A DNA stretch of 42,763 bases from Octopus bimaculoides (Eukaryota). Numbering within the stretch: the stretch's first letter is position 1; each line of letters opens with the position of its first letter. Under the pieces are notes generated by a model, which made no database searches, was not told the origin of the DNA, and saw only the letters and a program-made list of their open reading frames with translations. Position numbers and translations under genes: made by a program. The DNA lies in contig NC_068986.1 of assembly GCF_001194135.2 (NCBI RefSeq), positions 109,305,012 through 109,347,774 of the forward strand. Reading direction: 5' to 3'. Positions 22,034 to 35,139 of this stretch are shown here, piece by piece.

Positions 22034-23031
22034 CAGAGAACATGTACGTCCTACACATTGGTTAGGTCACATTCTTTACATGTGTTTCTATCACAATTTA
22101 CTTTCATCATTTTTAGAATAATTTACTTTCACTTTTCTTACGAACGTAAACCGCATAATAACGAAGTAAACTACAAAGGGGTTTCTAAGACTTGCTAGAA
22201 ATAGCAGCCAAATTTCTCTTGAAACACGCCCGATCATCACTTTTTTATGTAAGGCATAATACAACACTGAATACACAATGTCGGTGATGGGGGAAACAGC
22301 ACAGTCACGGCTGGGCTGTCTTTCATCATATGCGCGCTCGATCAGCGCGAAACCAGGGCTAAGCAAAAACAATAAACTCTGTGTTCAGTTTTAAAACGAT
22401 ATTAAAAAGGGAAAGTTGACGAGTAACAACAATTGGTTGAATAATTACGACCAGATGTTAGCGCGCGCGCACACAACATACGTCTCTGTTTCTATCAACG
22501 GATCGTTTGTGCAGCCACACATGTTTCAGAAATAATACTAAATCCTTAATGTGTTTAATCGAAAGATTAACTTGTCGTTTAACTTCAGATCAAACCGGCC
22601 TCAACGCTTGATATTGATTTGAAATTGAACCTTCTGAGAACTGTCAAGTTGCACAGCCCCCCCCCCCCCCNNNNNNNNNNNNNNNNNNNNNNNNNNNNNN
22701 NNNNNNNNNNNNNNNNNNNNNNNNNNNNNNNNNNNNNNNNNNNNNNNNNNNNNNNNNNNNNNNNNNNNNNNNNNNNNNNNNNNNNNNNNNNNNNNNNNNN
22801 NNNNNNNNNNNNNNNNNNNNNNNNNNNNNNNNNNNNNNNNNNNNNNNNNNNNNNNNNNNNNNNNNNNNNNNNNNNNNNNNNNNNNNNNNNNNNNNNNNNN
22901 NNACCGTTCATTAGATCGGCAGGTGGTAGATTCCCATCGCTTTGTGAAAGGCTCATGGAGAAAATATTTAGAGTTACATGTGGGCGCGTGTACTAACTAA
23001 CCACACACACACACACACACATACGTACGTA

Positions 23032-23195
23032 GACGCAGGCGTGGCTGTGTGGTAAAAAGTTTGCTTCCCAATCACACAGTTCCAGGTTCAGTCCCACTGC
23101 GTGGCACCTTCGGCACGTGACTTCTTCTATAACCCTAGGCCGACCAAAGACTTGTAAATGAATTTGATACACGGAAAACTGAAAGAACCCCGTCG
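23032..23195 (+). mobile_element. SINE family A, 5' half only
   Basis: A/B boxes and body up to gaaagaaccccgtcg. Confidence 0.8.
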
Positions 23196-23367
23196 CATCT
23201 ATCAGAAGAAGAAGAGGAGGAGGAGGAGATAGACAGCTGATGAAGGGTCGTTCTTTATGTTACTTGTCCTGTTTTCCATTTGTTTCTATCGTTGTTTGCG
23301 TATTGAACTCATTGTTTTCGTATTTCATGTTGTTTACTGTTGGTGATGTCCTGTACCCATATATGCA

Positions 23368-23438
<71 letters not shown>

Positions 23439-23656
23439 ATAAATGGAGTTAAACGCAGGTGTTATTCAAATCCTTTTACTTCCGACATATATTTCGAATA
23501 CAACATTGGTATTATTCCATATTCATAACCAAACGGTTTTGCTTGGACATACCTTGTTATTAAGGTAATTATCTTATAATTACCCTAATAACAAGGTATA
23601 TCCTAGCAAAGGTATGTCCTAGATAATTACCCTGATAACAAGATATGTCCTTGCAA

Positions 23657-24385
23657 AACTATTTGGTTAATAATTCCATATGGTAAGTAGATAAAATCCA
23701 ATATCCCTTACCAGTCTCGTGAAGCTGTAGAAAAGAATTTCCCACGAAATTCAAGATACTATTCGATTATTAATTCACACCGAATCAGGATAGGATTTTC
23801 TAACGCAAAATATCTTTCACAAATCATCTCTTCGCATAATAATAAGTTGTTAAATACAAATCCACTTAATGAAAATAGTAACATTGATTTTGTTAACATT
23901 AACCATTCCTTAAATAATAATAGCAGCAGTGTTAGTGTTTCTAATGTTAATTCCAATCACATTCGTTTCCTTAGCAGTAATTCTAAGACTAGAATCTCTA
24001 TTTATCAATGTAAAATTATTTCCGGTTCTGACGCCTTTTTTTTATAGGTAGTTCTTCATCTTAGTTGTCCAAAAGAATATCTAACCATTACTCTACATTT
24101 AGACATATCAATAAACGTAATAATACTGGGCTTAGTAAATTAATTTGGTATCTAAAGAATCATAATAAACAATTTGATTTGGAATGGAATATTCTATCTA
24201 TATCTTTTCCGTATGATAAAGGTAAATCTTTTTGTCCGCTTTGTAACAATGAAATGTATTTCATCCTGTTGTCAGAGAATCCTCTAGTAAACATGTTTAT
24301 AGAACGAGTTTATTGTTGCAAACATTGGCAGAAACACACCTTTAGTTTCTATGATTTCTACCATTCTATAAAATTCGACCTTTAA
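23657..24385 (+). pseudogene. PLE ORF C-terminus: end of RT thumb/linker plus GIY-YIG endonuclease
   Basis: KTIWLIIPYGK*IKSNI...EKNFPRNSRYYSIIN...SQIISSHNNKLL; SIYQCKI...(frameshift)IGS...SKRISNHYSTFRH...TGLSKLIWYLK...WNIL...CPLCNNE...CCKH matches typical PLE C-terminal motifs. Confidence 0.85.
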
Positions 24386-24639
24386 CTGTCTTCTTACATT
24401 TCACTTCCACTAAATATATTTACTTCCAAACCTTTAAGATCTATTCCTTTTCACCTATCGCTCTATATCTCTCCACTATTAGTTTTCTGCTAATTTCGTT
24501 CTTTCTCCTTCTATAAACTACCTTTGACATTGTATCTACTAACAGTATTTAAAAAAAAAAACTTGCTAGCATTCCCTTCATCATATACGCTATCATCACA
24601 TTCTGTTAAAATGTCTTATTGATGTATTTGGTTTCTTTC

Positions 24640-24727
24640 TTTCCCTGATGAGAAGATTGCATTGTTTTACACCATTTTCTTCCTTCTGGAATAATACCAA
24701 TGTTTTCTTCGAAACATATGTCGGAAG
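24640..24727 (+). ncRNA. Minimal type I hammerhead ribozyme
   Basis: CTGATGA 24645-24651; stem II gaaga/tcttc (extended by cattg/caatg); GAAA 24711-24714; 2-bp stem III with palindromic ATAT loop; GTC cleavage triplet 24720-24722; stem I tttcc/ggaag. Confidence 0.8.
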
Positions 24728-25020
24728 TAAAAAGATTTAAATAACACCTGCGTTTAACTCCATTTATTTATTTATCTATATTATACAAAAAGATTTCACT
24801 TAAACCTGGAGTTTCTACCTTTATAAATAGGCTGTTACATCCTTGGTACTTGTGTGAATTTTTGCTACCCTGGTAACTGTTTATTTATTTTTTCCGTGTT
24901 ATTTGTAAGCATTGAAAAAATACACATACATTTATGTGCGTGCTTGTGTGTGCATATATATATATATATATATAAAGAGAGAGATGTCGAAGTGTGGTGT
25001 CTTCGTATTTTCCTTGACTA

Positions 25021-25213
25021 CTGCTTGCCGACCAATGCGGATTCATTTACGTCCCTCCCCCTTAACTAAGCGGATCGACAGAAGGAACCGATATAATAAT
25101 CACCAGGCTTTTCAAAAAAAGTACTGGAGTCGATTCGTTTGACTAAATATTCTTCAGGGCGATGCCCCAGCACGGCCGCAGACAAATGACTGAAACAAGT
25201 AAAAAATAAAAGA
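25021..25213 (+). mobile_element. Diverged SINE family A-like 3' half followed by (GATA)n
   Basis: cagcacggccgcagacaaatgactgaaacaagtaaaa tail; (GATA)n at 25219-25272. Confidence 0.7.
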
Positions 25214-25214
25214 T

Positions 25215-25273
<59 letters not shown>

Positions 25274-25335
25274 CGGTGGCGTACTTGCCAAGCAAGTGAT
25301 ATGAGTCCGTGTGTTAAAACTAAAACAATAAGAAC

Positions 25336-25690
25336 ACAATTGCAGCATGAAAGGTGTTTATAAACTATTTAAAAACATACAAAAACCGTTAGATTTACTT
25401 CTCCAGCATACGATCTCAGATCAGGTCACTTGCTATGCAAGATATCTCCGTAATTCTGAAAGCTTGAGCCAGGCTACCAAAACTCTGAGGAAAGCCGTTA
25501 CTTGTCGCTTGAGGAAAATAACAGCTAAGCAACAGCTTCATTTCATTAGACACTGCATAAATTTAAATGCTGAAGTGAATCTAACGGTTTTTGTGTGTTT
25601 TTAAATGGCTTATAAACACCTTCCACACTGCAATTGTTTTCGTTCCAGCACACGATCTCAGATCATGTCACTTGCTATGCAAGTACATCT
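25336..25690 (-). mobile_element. Repeat with combined inverted and direct terminal duplications (possible PLE pseudo-LTR)
   Basis: Inverted pair 25336-25400 / 25573-25637; direct pair 25403-25441 / 25645-25683. Confidence 0.5.
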
Positions 25691-28600
25691 CTGAAATAAG
25701 AACATAGCCTTTCAAAAACTGTTAGCTTCACTTAAATATTTGTTATTGGGTTAAAGGGCTCCCCAACACACATTTACATATACAAATGAAAGACAGTACT
25801 CAATACTTGTAGAGTTCGCATATGAATTTGGAAACATCTGAAAGTTGTCTGTCACGTGCAGTCGTTCAGTCTTCTTCAAGTTGTAGGCATACTCTGATAT
25901 TTTAGTTACTACAATCAAGTAACACTTCTGTGCTATTAACGCGTTACTGTTACTGCGCAGAGAAGGATACTGTGAACGATTGGACTCTGGTTTCACGAGG
26001 ATTTCCCTGCTCGTCTGCTTGGACTGGAGAACTTTGAAGAATATGAAAATTACTTGGTTGAAATGGCTTCCTATGACGCCAGAGATAAGATTTCAGCACT
26101 GAATGGTGAACTTGGTGGCTGTTTCAAGATGATATCACACACACACACACACACACACACATACAGCTCGATCCACGCTATTCCAAGTCAGAGAAACACT
26201 TTATGCTCCACTATCCTTAAATGCTCAGACGTATTATGGAAATGAAGTAGAACTCCTCCATCCCCTAACCTAAATAGATGTATGTGTTGATTGCATCTGA
26301 TCTTAAAAGGTGAGTCCCGTATAATTCTTCTTGGTACCATAAGTATTATGGCTGCTCCACTGCAGGATAATCTAAGTGAACAGTTTAACATATTTTTCAA
26401 TGTATTGTTGGGAATTTTTTTAAATAGGAGTAAGAAGTTCCGAGTTCGGTTGTTGTAGGGTGAGCTAAACTAAAATATTTTTCTTTTCCTTGCTCTATTT
26501 TTATATTGAAGCGATTCTTCAACGCTTTCTTTTCAGTAAAGCCACATCTCAGGGCGTTGCTATAAGTGTAGTACTGTTGAAAATGCTCATCGCAGACAGT
26601 AGGACGGAAATTGTTGTACTTATGTTATCTGTTCTTTATTATGACTAGACGGAGTTGGGAGGTTTTGCTTATGTTTATGATTATCTCATTTAGATTTATA
26701 CAGAGGTGATATTTACTTGCTGTCAGATACAGTATAATGTCTCAGAAGTTAACTATTCATAGGTTATTGTTAATGGTGCGGTTCATGTTATATTCCTTAA
26801 ATACTTGCATCAGGTCTTTTATGAGTCTATCCGCGCTGTAGTCTTTTACACCGGAGGAAATCGTCCAATCGTCGTCTCCAGCGCTCAAAGCCATAGAAGT
26901 GGCTCGTTTCTTTTGATTTGCTTTGGGAGACTTCTAGTATGAAAGTCAAGATATATTCTAGTGTAAAACTCAAGATATTTTCTTGGAAATGTTGAATATA
27001 GAGCGTCCTCCATTTTAACCACAGAGGTACTCGCGGTTTCCTGGCGTTCAGCATAATCCTGGTATGAAGGTTATTAAGCTCTCCAGAGCTATTCGGAGAG
27101 CTTTTGAGACATTTTTAAGTCGATATACACTCTATAGAACTGGATGGCTCCACTGAGTGTCTTGTGTTCTACTCTACTAAACCACAACATAGCATTCATC
27201 GTGTAATTTCACTGTTCTAATCTCGTAACGTTTCTAGTTTTTTAATTAAATCCTATCCACTGTATGCTCGCTAATTAAACCCAATTCATTTCCTAGGCGG
27301 GGTTTACAAAACTAACATCAATGTTGGATACGTAACCAGGATCTTTATAGTCGTTACAGTTAATCATTGCAGGATGTACACGTGACAAAGAGCTCAATGC
27401 AGTCTATTTTTAATTAGGACGCTGCTTCTTTGTGGTACTGGCAGCATACAACATCGTGAAAAGGCATTTAAAATATTTTAATATCCGTTTGGCAGGAGAG
27501 TATGTGCCATTCCTCAGCGCGTATCTACTTTTTTATTTTCTTTGCAAGTGTGTGGATGTTGTATGATTGTTCAGGCGGTTTCGGAAAGATTCGGTGGAGT
27601 ATCAAAATCTTACTTTTCTTATCAATATGCAGGAAATTGGACTTGAAATATTCAAGTACCTTTGTTGGTGGGGAAGATTTTCGTGTTCACTATCCCTACG
27701 TATCTACCGGGATTTCAGGAATCCTTTTTCGTAGAAGACTTTCCAATACATTCGTTTGATTACACTTCAAATTGGGTGTTTCTTTCTTTAGCATCGATCT
27801 TTTTGAATAGTATTCATAGAGGGAACGAAGAGAATGTTTTCCTATCTTCAGCTTTGTGCTCCCGATTCGCTGATAGTTTCCGACCAGATGTTTTTGGTTA
27901 CAGACGACAGAGTATTCAATATTTGGAGCAAACAATTGAGGACTCATTCTGTCGTTATATATTCCCTACTATGTAGGGATTTTCAGGTAACGATGCACTG
28001 AGCGTATTCTGCGGGAATAACACAGGTTCAATCGATTCTTATTGGTCATCGCAGTGTGCATTTGTAGCTACTGTTAGTACCATCAAGTAACATGTAACGG
28101 GGAAAGGAGGTGCAACTAGTGTAAATCTGAAAAATTTCACATCCCAAAATACCCACTAAAATCACTGCACACACGATCTAAGATATCACTCTCGTCATAG
28201 AGAGATTTCTTCAGCAGTTTTTTTTTTCACATCCAAGCAAAGGAGTCCTCCTTGTTGGAAGCCAATCGATCGCAGTACTCTCCCCTGTTCAATAGCAGTA
28301 AATAAACACCCGTTAGTGTATGTCCTTGCCACTCTTGACCAACAAGAATTTATCCAACATGTCTTATACTAATAGACATCGCTTCAAAAGACTATAGGCA
28401 GTTTTGTAGATATTGAAGTCTAAAATTTCTTTGAAGAAAACTTGTAAAGTTTGGTTTCATTTGGGACAGATCACGTACAGGGGTATTTAACGAAATCTGT
28501 CCAAAACAAAACAAAACTAAAATAACAAATTTGTTGCTGTATTAACAATGTAATCAGACAAGTCTCCTTCCTTCCGCCGTTATTAAACCTCTCCCAACGT

Positions 28601-29796
28601 TTTTCCCAGTTTGAGGACTTCTTGTATTCATGGGTAGTGCACCTCTCTTGTAGGGAATATTCTTTGATCTCGTCAGAAATTAGTAACGCTTCAGGGCCAA
28701 ATCCAAACACTAGGACGGCTGGCTGGAGGTCAACAGTCATCTTATGCCTTGCCAAAAAGACACGGAGGAGTGACACATGAACCGATATATGGTCGAAGTG
28801 TAGCATTGTGTGTTCTCATCTCAAACTTCTTCCTTTCATTCGCCCCTTCACAAATAACTCACTACATCCAAGTAAGATTCTTTATCATCTGACCACGTAG
28901 ATTTAACTCCTGATGAACAACGCCTTTCCAATGAAAAAGGAAAAAAAGGCGATCAGCATTATCTTTCTATGCTTTTGCTTTCCTTCTTTTTTTTTTTTTC
29001 TCAGTCCTGGCGACGATTATCGAATTCATCGTGACGACTACCATTGTTTCCCCCATCGCAACCAGATAACTAAGTTTCATCGCTTGTTATGACATTCTTC
29101 ACAAACTTTATACCAACATTCAAAGACCAAACAGCACCTCACTGGCTCTGACTCAGTTCTCTGATTCTGTAAGGCCCTTGAAGCTGGTCTGACAGCGTAG
29201 CTGCACTACAATGACTGAAACCAGTAAAAGAAACTAAAAAGATAAACAGAGAGAGAGAGAACCATAAGAATGTATTTTGACTAAAAACTTTTTATTAGTA
29301 CTGAAACTGCTCCCTGGGGCAACGAGAGACAGCTACGGCAGACTAAAATTTCTCTCAAACAGTAACATGTCAACATAAAACAACGGTCTCAGAAAGCAGA
29401 GACTGGCTAAGGTTTTTGATCAGCTCAAAAGGAACAAATGGAAAAGTTCTGAGTTGCAACATCAATAAAATTAAATTAGTTGGGAGATCTTTTCCCCCAA
29501 TACTTTTGAAATACCAAAATATATTTTAAAACTTTTAACTTGTAGGGAAAAAGAAAACATGGGAGGAAAATAAAAGCTACTTAAAATCTGGTTTTGAGTA
29601 TATTGTCTGGCTTTAATTACAAGGTTAGGAATATATAAGAAGAGACAAGTGAAACTGTGAGACGTGTCCTTCTTAAAGACATTTGTAAAATAACTTAGCT
29701 CCCACTGGAATCGAAAAACTAGTTTGAAAATAGACTTGGCTTTATAGGAACTTCTAGTTTATGGTGCCAATCACCTGGGTATTTTAAGATTTTTAA

Positions 29797-29844
<48 letters not shown>

Positions 29845-29869
29845 GTATGTATGTATATGATGGCATTCC

Positions 29870-30118
29870 ATCGATTATGATGAAGAGTGTTCCAGTTGAT
29901 TGGATCAACAGAACAGCTTGTTTGTGAAATTAATGTGCAAGTGCCTGAGCACTTACAGACAGTGTGACAAGGCTGGCCCCTTTGAATTACAGGTACAACA
30001 AAATTTTGCCAGCTCAGTGGACTGGAGCGATGTGAAATCAAGTGTCTTGCTTAAGAGCACAATATGTTGGTGGGAATTGAACTCATGACCGTATGGTCAT
30101 GAGCTGAATACCCTTCAC
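29870..30118 (-). mobile_element. SINE family E, CpG-decayed, internally deleted
   Basis: Aligns to the 16860 and 37955 copies. Confidence 0.75.
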
Positions 30119-30124
30119 ACACAT

Positions 30125-30166
<42 letters not shown>

Positions 30167-31015
30167 TTTGGCCAAGAGTAATCCCATATTGAGGACAGTC
30201 TGTAATGTTTCCCAAGCAAGTACAAGGCACAGTGGTCAACGTCAGTGCTGACCATCAAGTTTTACCAGCAACACTTACTTCAGACATTCAATAAAAACAT
30301 GTCTTAAGAAATAAACTTTTTATTTACAATGATTACAAGCAAATGAAGACTGGAAAGTGATATGTCCAGTCAATATGTACGTGGCTCAAGCAAAGCCTAG
30401 ATCTCCCTCTCTCGCTTGTTTTATTATAAAATAAATGACTTTAAAGAGTTTCAAAGAATCTGATCAGAGCTGGTACTTAGCATTGGGTCCATGTGCATTA
30501 GGTGATCGAGAGATAAATCTCCTGGATATCACAGGAAATATGGTACTAGATAGTCTTAATTCTTAATGGCTAAATCAATTAAATACCATTAATTAAAGTT
30601 AATTAATTGTATTGTTGAAATATATAAGAAAATATATATAAAAAACATTCAAAGACAGAATCTATGAGCAAAAGTTCATTGCAATATTCTTTGGATCATT
30701 TTACTTCTAGCAGTAACTAAAGAAGGATGAGAGATGGCAAAACCATTTTGGAGGCGCTTCGTAATGGCTGTCACTGACTGCCCAGATATTCCAGAACACA
30801 ACACTCATCCATGTTATACACACACACACAGTATAGTGCTACATCAATAATATCCATACATTGATGACATACAGTCAACGAGTGATTAAGTGTGTTATGA
30901 AGACTGTTGCTAAAAGACTTCTTGACTTTAGAAAGCTAAAATCCTTTGAATAAACACAGCATTTTGATAACCCTTTTCATACAAACTGGCACCAGAATGC
31001 CCTTTTTTTTTTCCC

Positions 31016-31373
31016 TTTTACTTGTTTCAGTCATTCGACTGCAGCCATGCTGCAGCACCACTTTTAGTCAAATAAATCGACTCCAGGAGTTATTCTATCA
31101 GTCTCTTTTGCCGAACTGCTAGGTGACGGGGACATAAACACACCAACATCAGTTGTCAAGTGATGGTGGGGAAGGGGGACAAACACAGACAACAAACACA
31201 TACACACATATACAACGGGCTTCTTTCAGTTTCCATCTACCAAATCCACTCACAAGGCTTTGGTCAGCCCTAGGCTATAGAAGACACTTGCCCATTGTGC
31301 TACGCAGTGGGACTGTTCCCGGAACCATGTGGTTAGGAAGCAAGCTTCTTACCACACAGCCACTCCTGCGCCT
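31016..31373 (-). mobile_element. SINE family A, CpG-decayed
   Basis: Colinear with family A; many CG to CA/TG substitutions. Confidence 0.85.
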
Positions 31374-31557
31374 ATGTTTATATCTAAATCTGACAACGAA
31401 TGATCTTGTGAGATTCCAGTTAGTTGACATCAACAGAATGTACACCAATACAGGTACAAGTGTGGCGATGCAAATCAATAGTTCACTTCCCAATCATATG
31501 ATTCTGGGTTCAGTCCCATAGTGTGGTACCTTAGGCAAATGTTTTCTACTACAACCC

Positions 31558-32010
31558 TGGTGGTTAGAGTAGCGGAGTTGTGGTCAAGGGATCACAGGTT
31601 CGAATTTCAGACCAGGCAATGTGTGTGTTTATGAGTGAAACACCTAAGCTCCATGCAGCTCCGGCAGAAGGTAATGGCGAACTTCTGCTGACTCTTTCTT
31701 TTCTACTCTAGGCACAAGGCCTGAAATTTTGGGGGAGGGAGTCAGTCGATTAGATCGACCTCAGTATGCAATTGGTACTTAATTTATCGACCCCGAAAGG
31801 ATAAAAGGCAAAGTCGACCTCAGTGGAATTTGAACTCAGAATGTAAAGACAGATGAAATACCGCTAAGCATTTTGCCTGGTAACGTTTCTACCAGCTTGC
31901 TGCCTTTCTACTGACTCTTTCGCCAGAACTTTCTCTCACTGTTTCCTCTTGCATCTAGCAGCTCACCTGTGTCCTGTCCAGGTGGGGAATCTATACGCCA
32001 ATGAAACCAG
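31558..32010 (+). mobile_element. tRNA-derived SINE family F interrupted by a family B insertion
   Basis: A-box tggttagagtagcgg, B-box ggttcgaatttc; host resumes after a 16-bp duplication. Confidence 0.7.
31699..31905 (-). mobile_element. SINE family B nested in family F, with TSD
   Basis: TSD ttctgctgactctttc (31683-31698) / ttctactgactctttc (31906-31921). Confidence 0.85.
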
Positions 32011-32094
32011 CCCTTATGTGCCAGGCATGGCTTGAGAAAGGACAAACAACGACAGCCCTGAACCAACTAAAGCCTTGAGAGTGGATATGGTGCA

Positions 32095-32345
32095 TAGAAA
32101 CTGAATGCGTTACAGAATGTATGTATTGCCTTGTCTTGACATGGCATGATAGTCGTAAATGAGAGTCACTGTCATACAAGCAGGGTCATTCCTTTCTAAT
32201 CTTTTGTGAAAATGTGTGTGACCATGGGGAAATATTATCTTCATTGGAAACAGGTAAGAGTTGACAGGAAGGTCATCCAGTTGTGGAAAATCTGCCTTAA
32301 ATTCACCTGACCCATATAAACATAGAAAAGTAGACGTTAGAATAA
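32095..32345 (-). mobile_element. Retroposon family G
   Basis: Homologous to 34930-35135 (+) and 36255-36505 (-): ggaaacaggt.agagtt...gacaggaagg.catccag... Confidence 0.65.
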
Positions 32346-33470
32346 TGATATAAATTGCAAATGTTTTACTAAAAGCATTCCAAAATCTTGACTATATCAA
32401 AAATTAATTCCAACGGAATTCAAAGAAAAAAAGTTGAAATATAAATCAGGAAAATTATTTCGAGTAAGACCTTCAAAATAGGGCCCACACTGGAAGCGTA
32501 ATGAATCCATGGGGCCAAATGGGAGGGCAGGGAAGGTGGGTGGAGATGAAAGCAGTGATGGAAAGTAACAATTGACAAACTTTTACTGATTTAGAGGAAT
32601 GGCACCGAAAAATACTTGAGAAAAAGTCTTGGAGAGGGAATTACTCAGGCCTTAAAGCCAAGAACTTGACTAAACATGTTTGTTCTCCATCACCATCATT
32701 TTGAGGAGGAGGGATATGTAAAAGAGGTGGGTGGGCAGGAGGGAAATAGAAGGAGTACATTGGTTGAAATAAAAACGAGTATTTTAGTTGTTTTTAAATC
32801 TGCAAAGACACACACACACACACACATGTATACACACACTCNNNNNNNNNNNNNNNNNNNNNNNNNNNNNNNNNNNNNNNNNNNNNNNNNNNNNNNNNNN
32901 NNNNNNNNNNNNNNNNNNNNNNNNNNNNNNNNNNNNNNNNNNNNNNNNNNNNNNNNNNNNNNNNNNNNNNNNNNNNNNNNNNNNNNNNNNNNNNNNNNNN
33001 NNNNNNNNNNNNNNNNNNNNNNNNNNNNNNNNNNNNNNNNNNNNNNNNNNNNNNNNNNNNNNNNNNNNNNNNNNNNNNNNNNNNNNNNNNNNNNNNNNNN
33101 NNNNNNNNNNNNNNNNNNNNNNNNNNNNNNNNNNNNNNNNNNNNNNNNNNNNNNNNNNNNNNNNNNNNNNNNNNNNNNNNNNNNNNNNNNNNNNNNNNNN
33201 NNNNNNNNNNNNNNNNNNNNNTTGTGACCAAAAACAGAAGAGGGTGGGAGGGGCAGTCGAACAATCAAGGAACAAAAAGCAAAACAAAATTAGCAGTACT
33301 ACTGCTACTACTGCTACTACTACTACTACTACTACTAGAATGTGAGAGCCTATGGGAACAGTTTTAACTTGGAATCAAAGAAAGAACTTTTATGGAATTA
33401 ATTGTCTTCATTCCTCCTCCACTTCTAATCAAAATAACTTGAAAAGAAGAAAAAAAATTACTCCTGGAAA

Positions 33471-33510
<40 letters not shown>

Positions 33511-34929
33511 AGAAAATATAACAAAAAAAAAAAAGAAAAGAAGAAAAAAAGAAAAGAAAAGAAAAAGAAGCTGACATGGGGTGGGGGAGACAACAAAGCC
33601 CTTGTTTTGTCTGAAATGAAATTTTCTGTTGAATGAAATAACCATTCGGACTGATATCTTTCACAGGTCTTTTCAGACTAAAATGTTTAAAAATAAACTT
33701 CTATGAACTCTGCAGAATGCATGCCTTTCGCTTGTGAGGTGTGTGTGCGTGTGCGTGTGTGTGTGATTGAAGAACAAGCCGAAAAGCCATATTAACAGGC
33801 TGAAGCTGTTGGCTGCCATTCATTTTCTTTTGTGGTATAAACTGTGATTCTCATTGAGAAAATAAAATCTAAATAAAGAAAGATATGGATTTTTGGTGGG
33901 TTTGAAAAAAAAAAAAAAGATTGAATTGAAATATTTATGAAACCCTAGAGTGGCCTCATTTCATTTAGGATTAAAAAAAAGAAGTTTTCTTTGAAAATAG
34001 TAAAATAAATATATATAAATACCATCGTCCTTTACCGTCTGTTGTCCATGCTGGCATGGGTTGAACGGTTTGACCAGAGCTGACAAGCTGGGTTTCTAGC
34101 TCAGTCCCATTGCACAGAATGTTAAGCAAGTACCTTCTGCTTTCACCCCAAGCAGACCAAAGCCTTGTGAGCAGATTTCACAGAAGGAATCTGAAAGAAA
34201 CCCATTGTGCATGTGTGTGTTTCTTTAACTCATTGCCTGCCATCAAGCCTAATACATGTACTTGACCTGCATCTCTTATGTTATTATGTTAACTCTTTCT
34301 GTATGAAGTAAAGTATGACAGGAAAAATCAATCAACATCTATATTAGTTATTATTACAAACCAGAGACAAATGTTTTAATTATTATTTTCAGGTTTTCAA
34401 AAATGGACCCAATTAGCAGGAACTTCTGTGTCAGAAACAACCAAATTGTTTTTATATTTAGCGAAAGGAATGTCTGTTTTTCTATTACATGAAGAATAAG
34501 AGTGGACGAAAAAGAAGTTCAGTGTTTGGGACACAAGAACATGAATAATGATTGTCAGTTAGAAAAACAAAAACAAAACAAAATTAAAACATGGCAAGCC
34601 AAGTGACCACAGAGTGAAATGGTCATCTCTCAAAAGTTGGTACTTCCCATAGATTCTGTTGACAATTCTATAAAATCAGGTTTTATATATGAAAATTAGT
34701 AATTCTGCCATCAAATAGAAATATTTTAGAGTTTATAATTTTTTTGACTGTCCAGCTGAAGCAACACTTTCAAAGAATTTTGTTTGTTTTTTCCTTTTTC
34801 TTTGGTGCCTATCTTCCAATGGAGGAAGAAAAACAAACACTGACCAAACACAAAAGGGATGTAATAAACACAGAACCAAACACTCCAAAGGAATTTTGGT
34901 GCAATGCACCATTTCTGCTTCCCCATATC

Positions 34930-35135
34930 ATCATTGAATGACCATTTTCCCATTCTTACATGGATCAGATGGAGTTTGTTGAGTTAGATTTCGTACAGAG
35001 GGATGCTCTTCCTGTTGCCAATCTCCTTCCATTTCAAACAAGGTGATACTTCCTTGTGGCCAGACACAAACAACACCTCTTGGATGGCAGTGATGTTTGT
35101 TTACAGTTATCACATGATATCAAGACATGGCTATA
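34930..35135 (+). mobile_element. Retroposon family G
   Basis: catcattgaatgaccattttcccattcttacatggatcagatggagtttgttgag...; reverse complement of the 36255-36505 copy. Confidence 0.65.
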
Positions 35136-35139
35136 TATA

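Larger units (their letters stand above)
23435..24775 (+). mobile_element. Penelope-like retroelement (PLE), 5'-truncated, flanked by inverted pseudo-LTR arms
   Basis: 85-bp inverted arms 23435-23519 and 24687-24771 (80/85 identical); GIY-YIG coding remnant inside; (TTTA)n tail; hammerhead motif in the 3' UTR. Confidence 0.85.
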
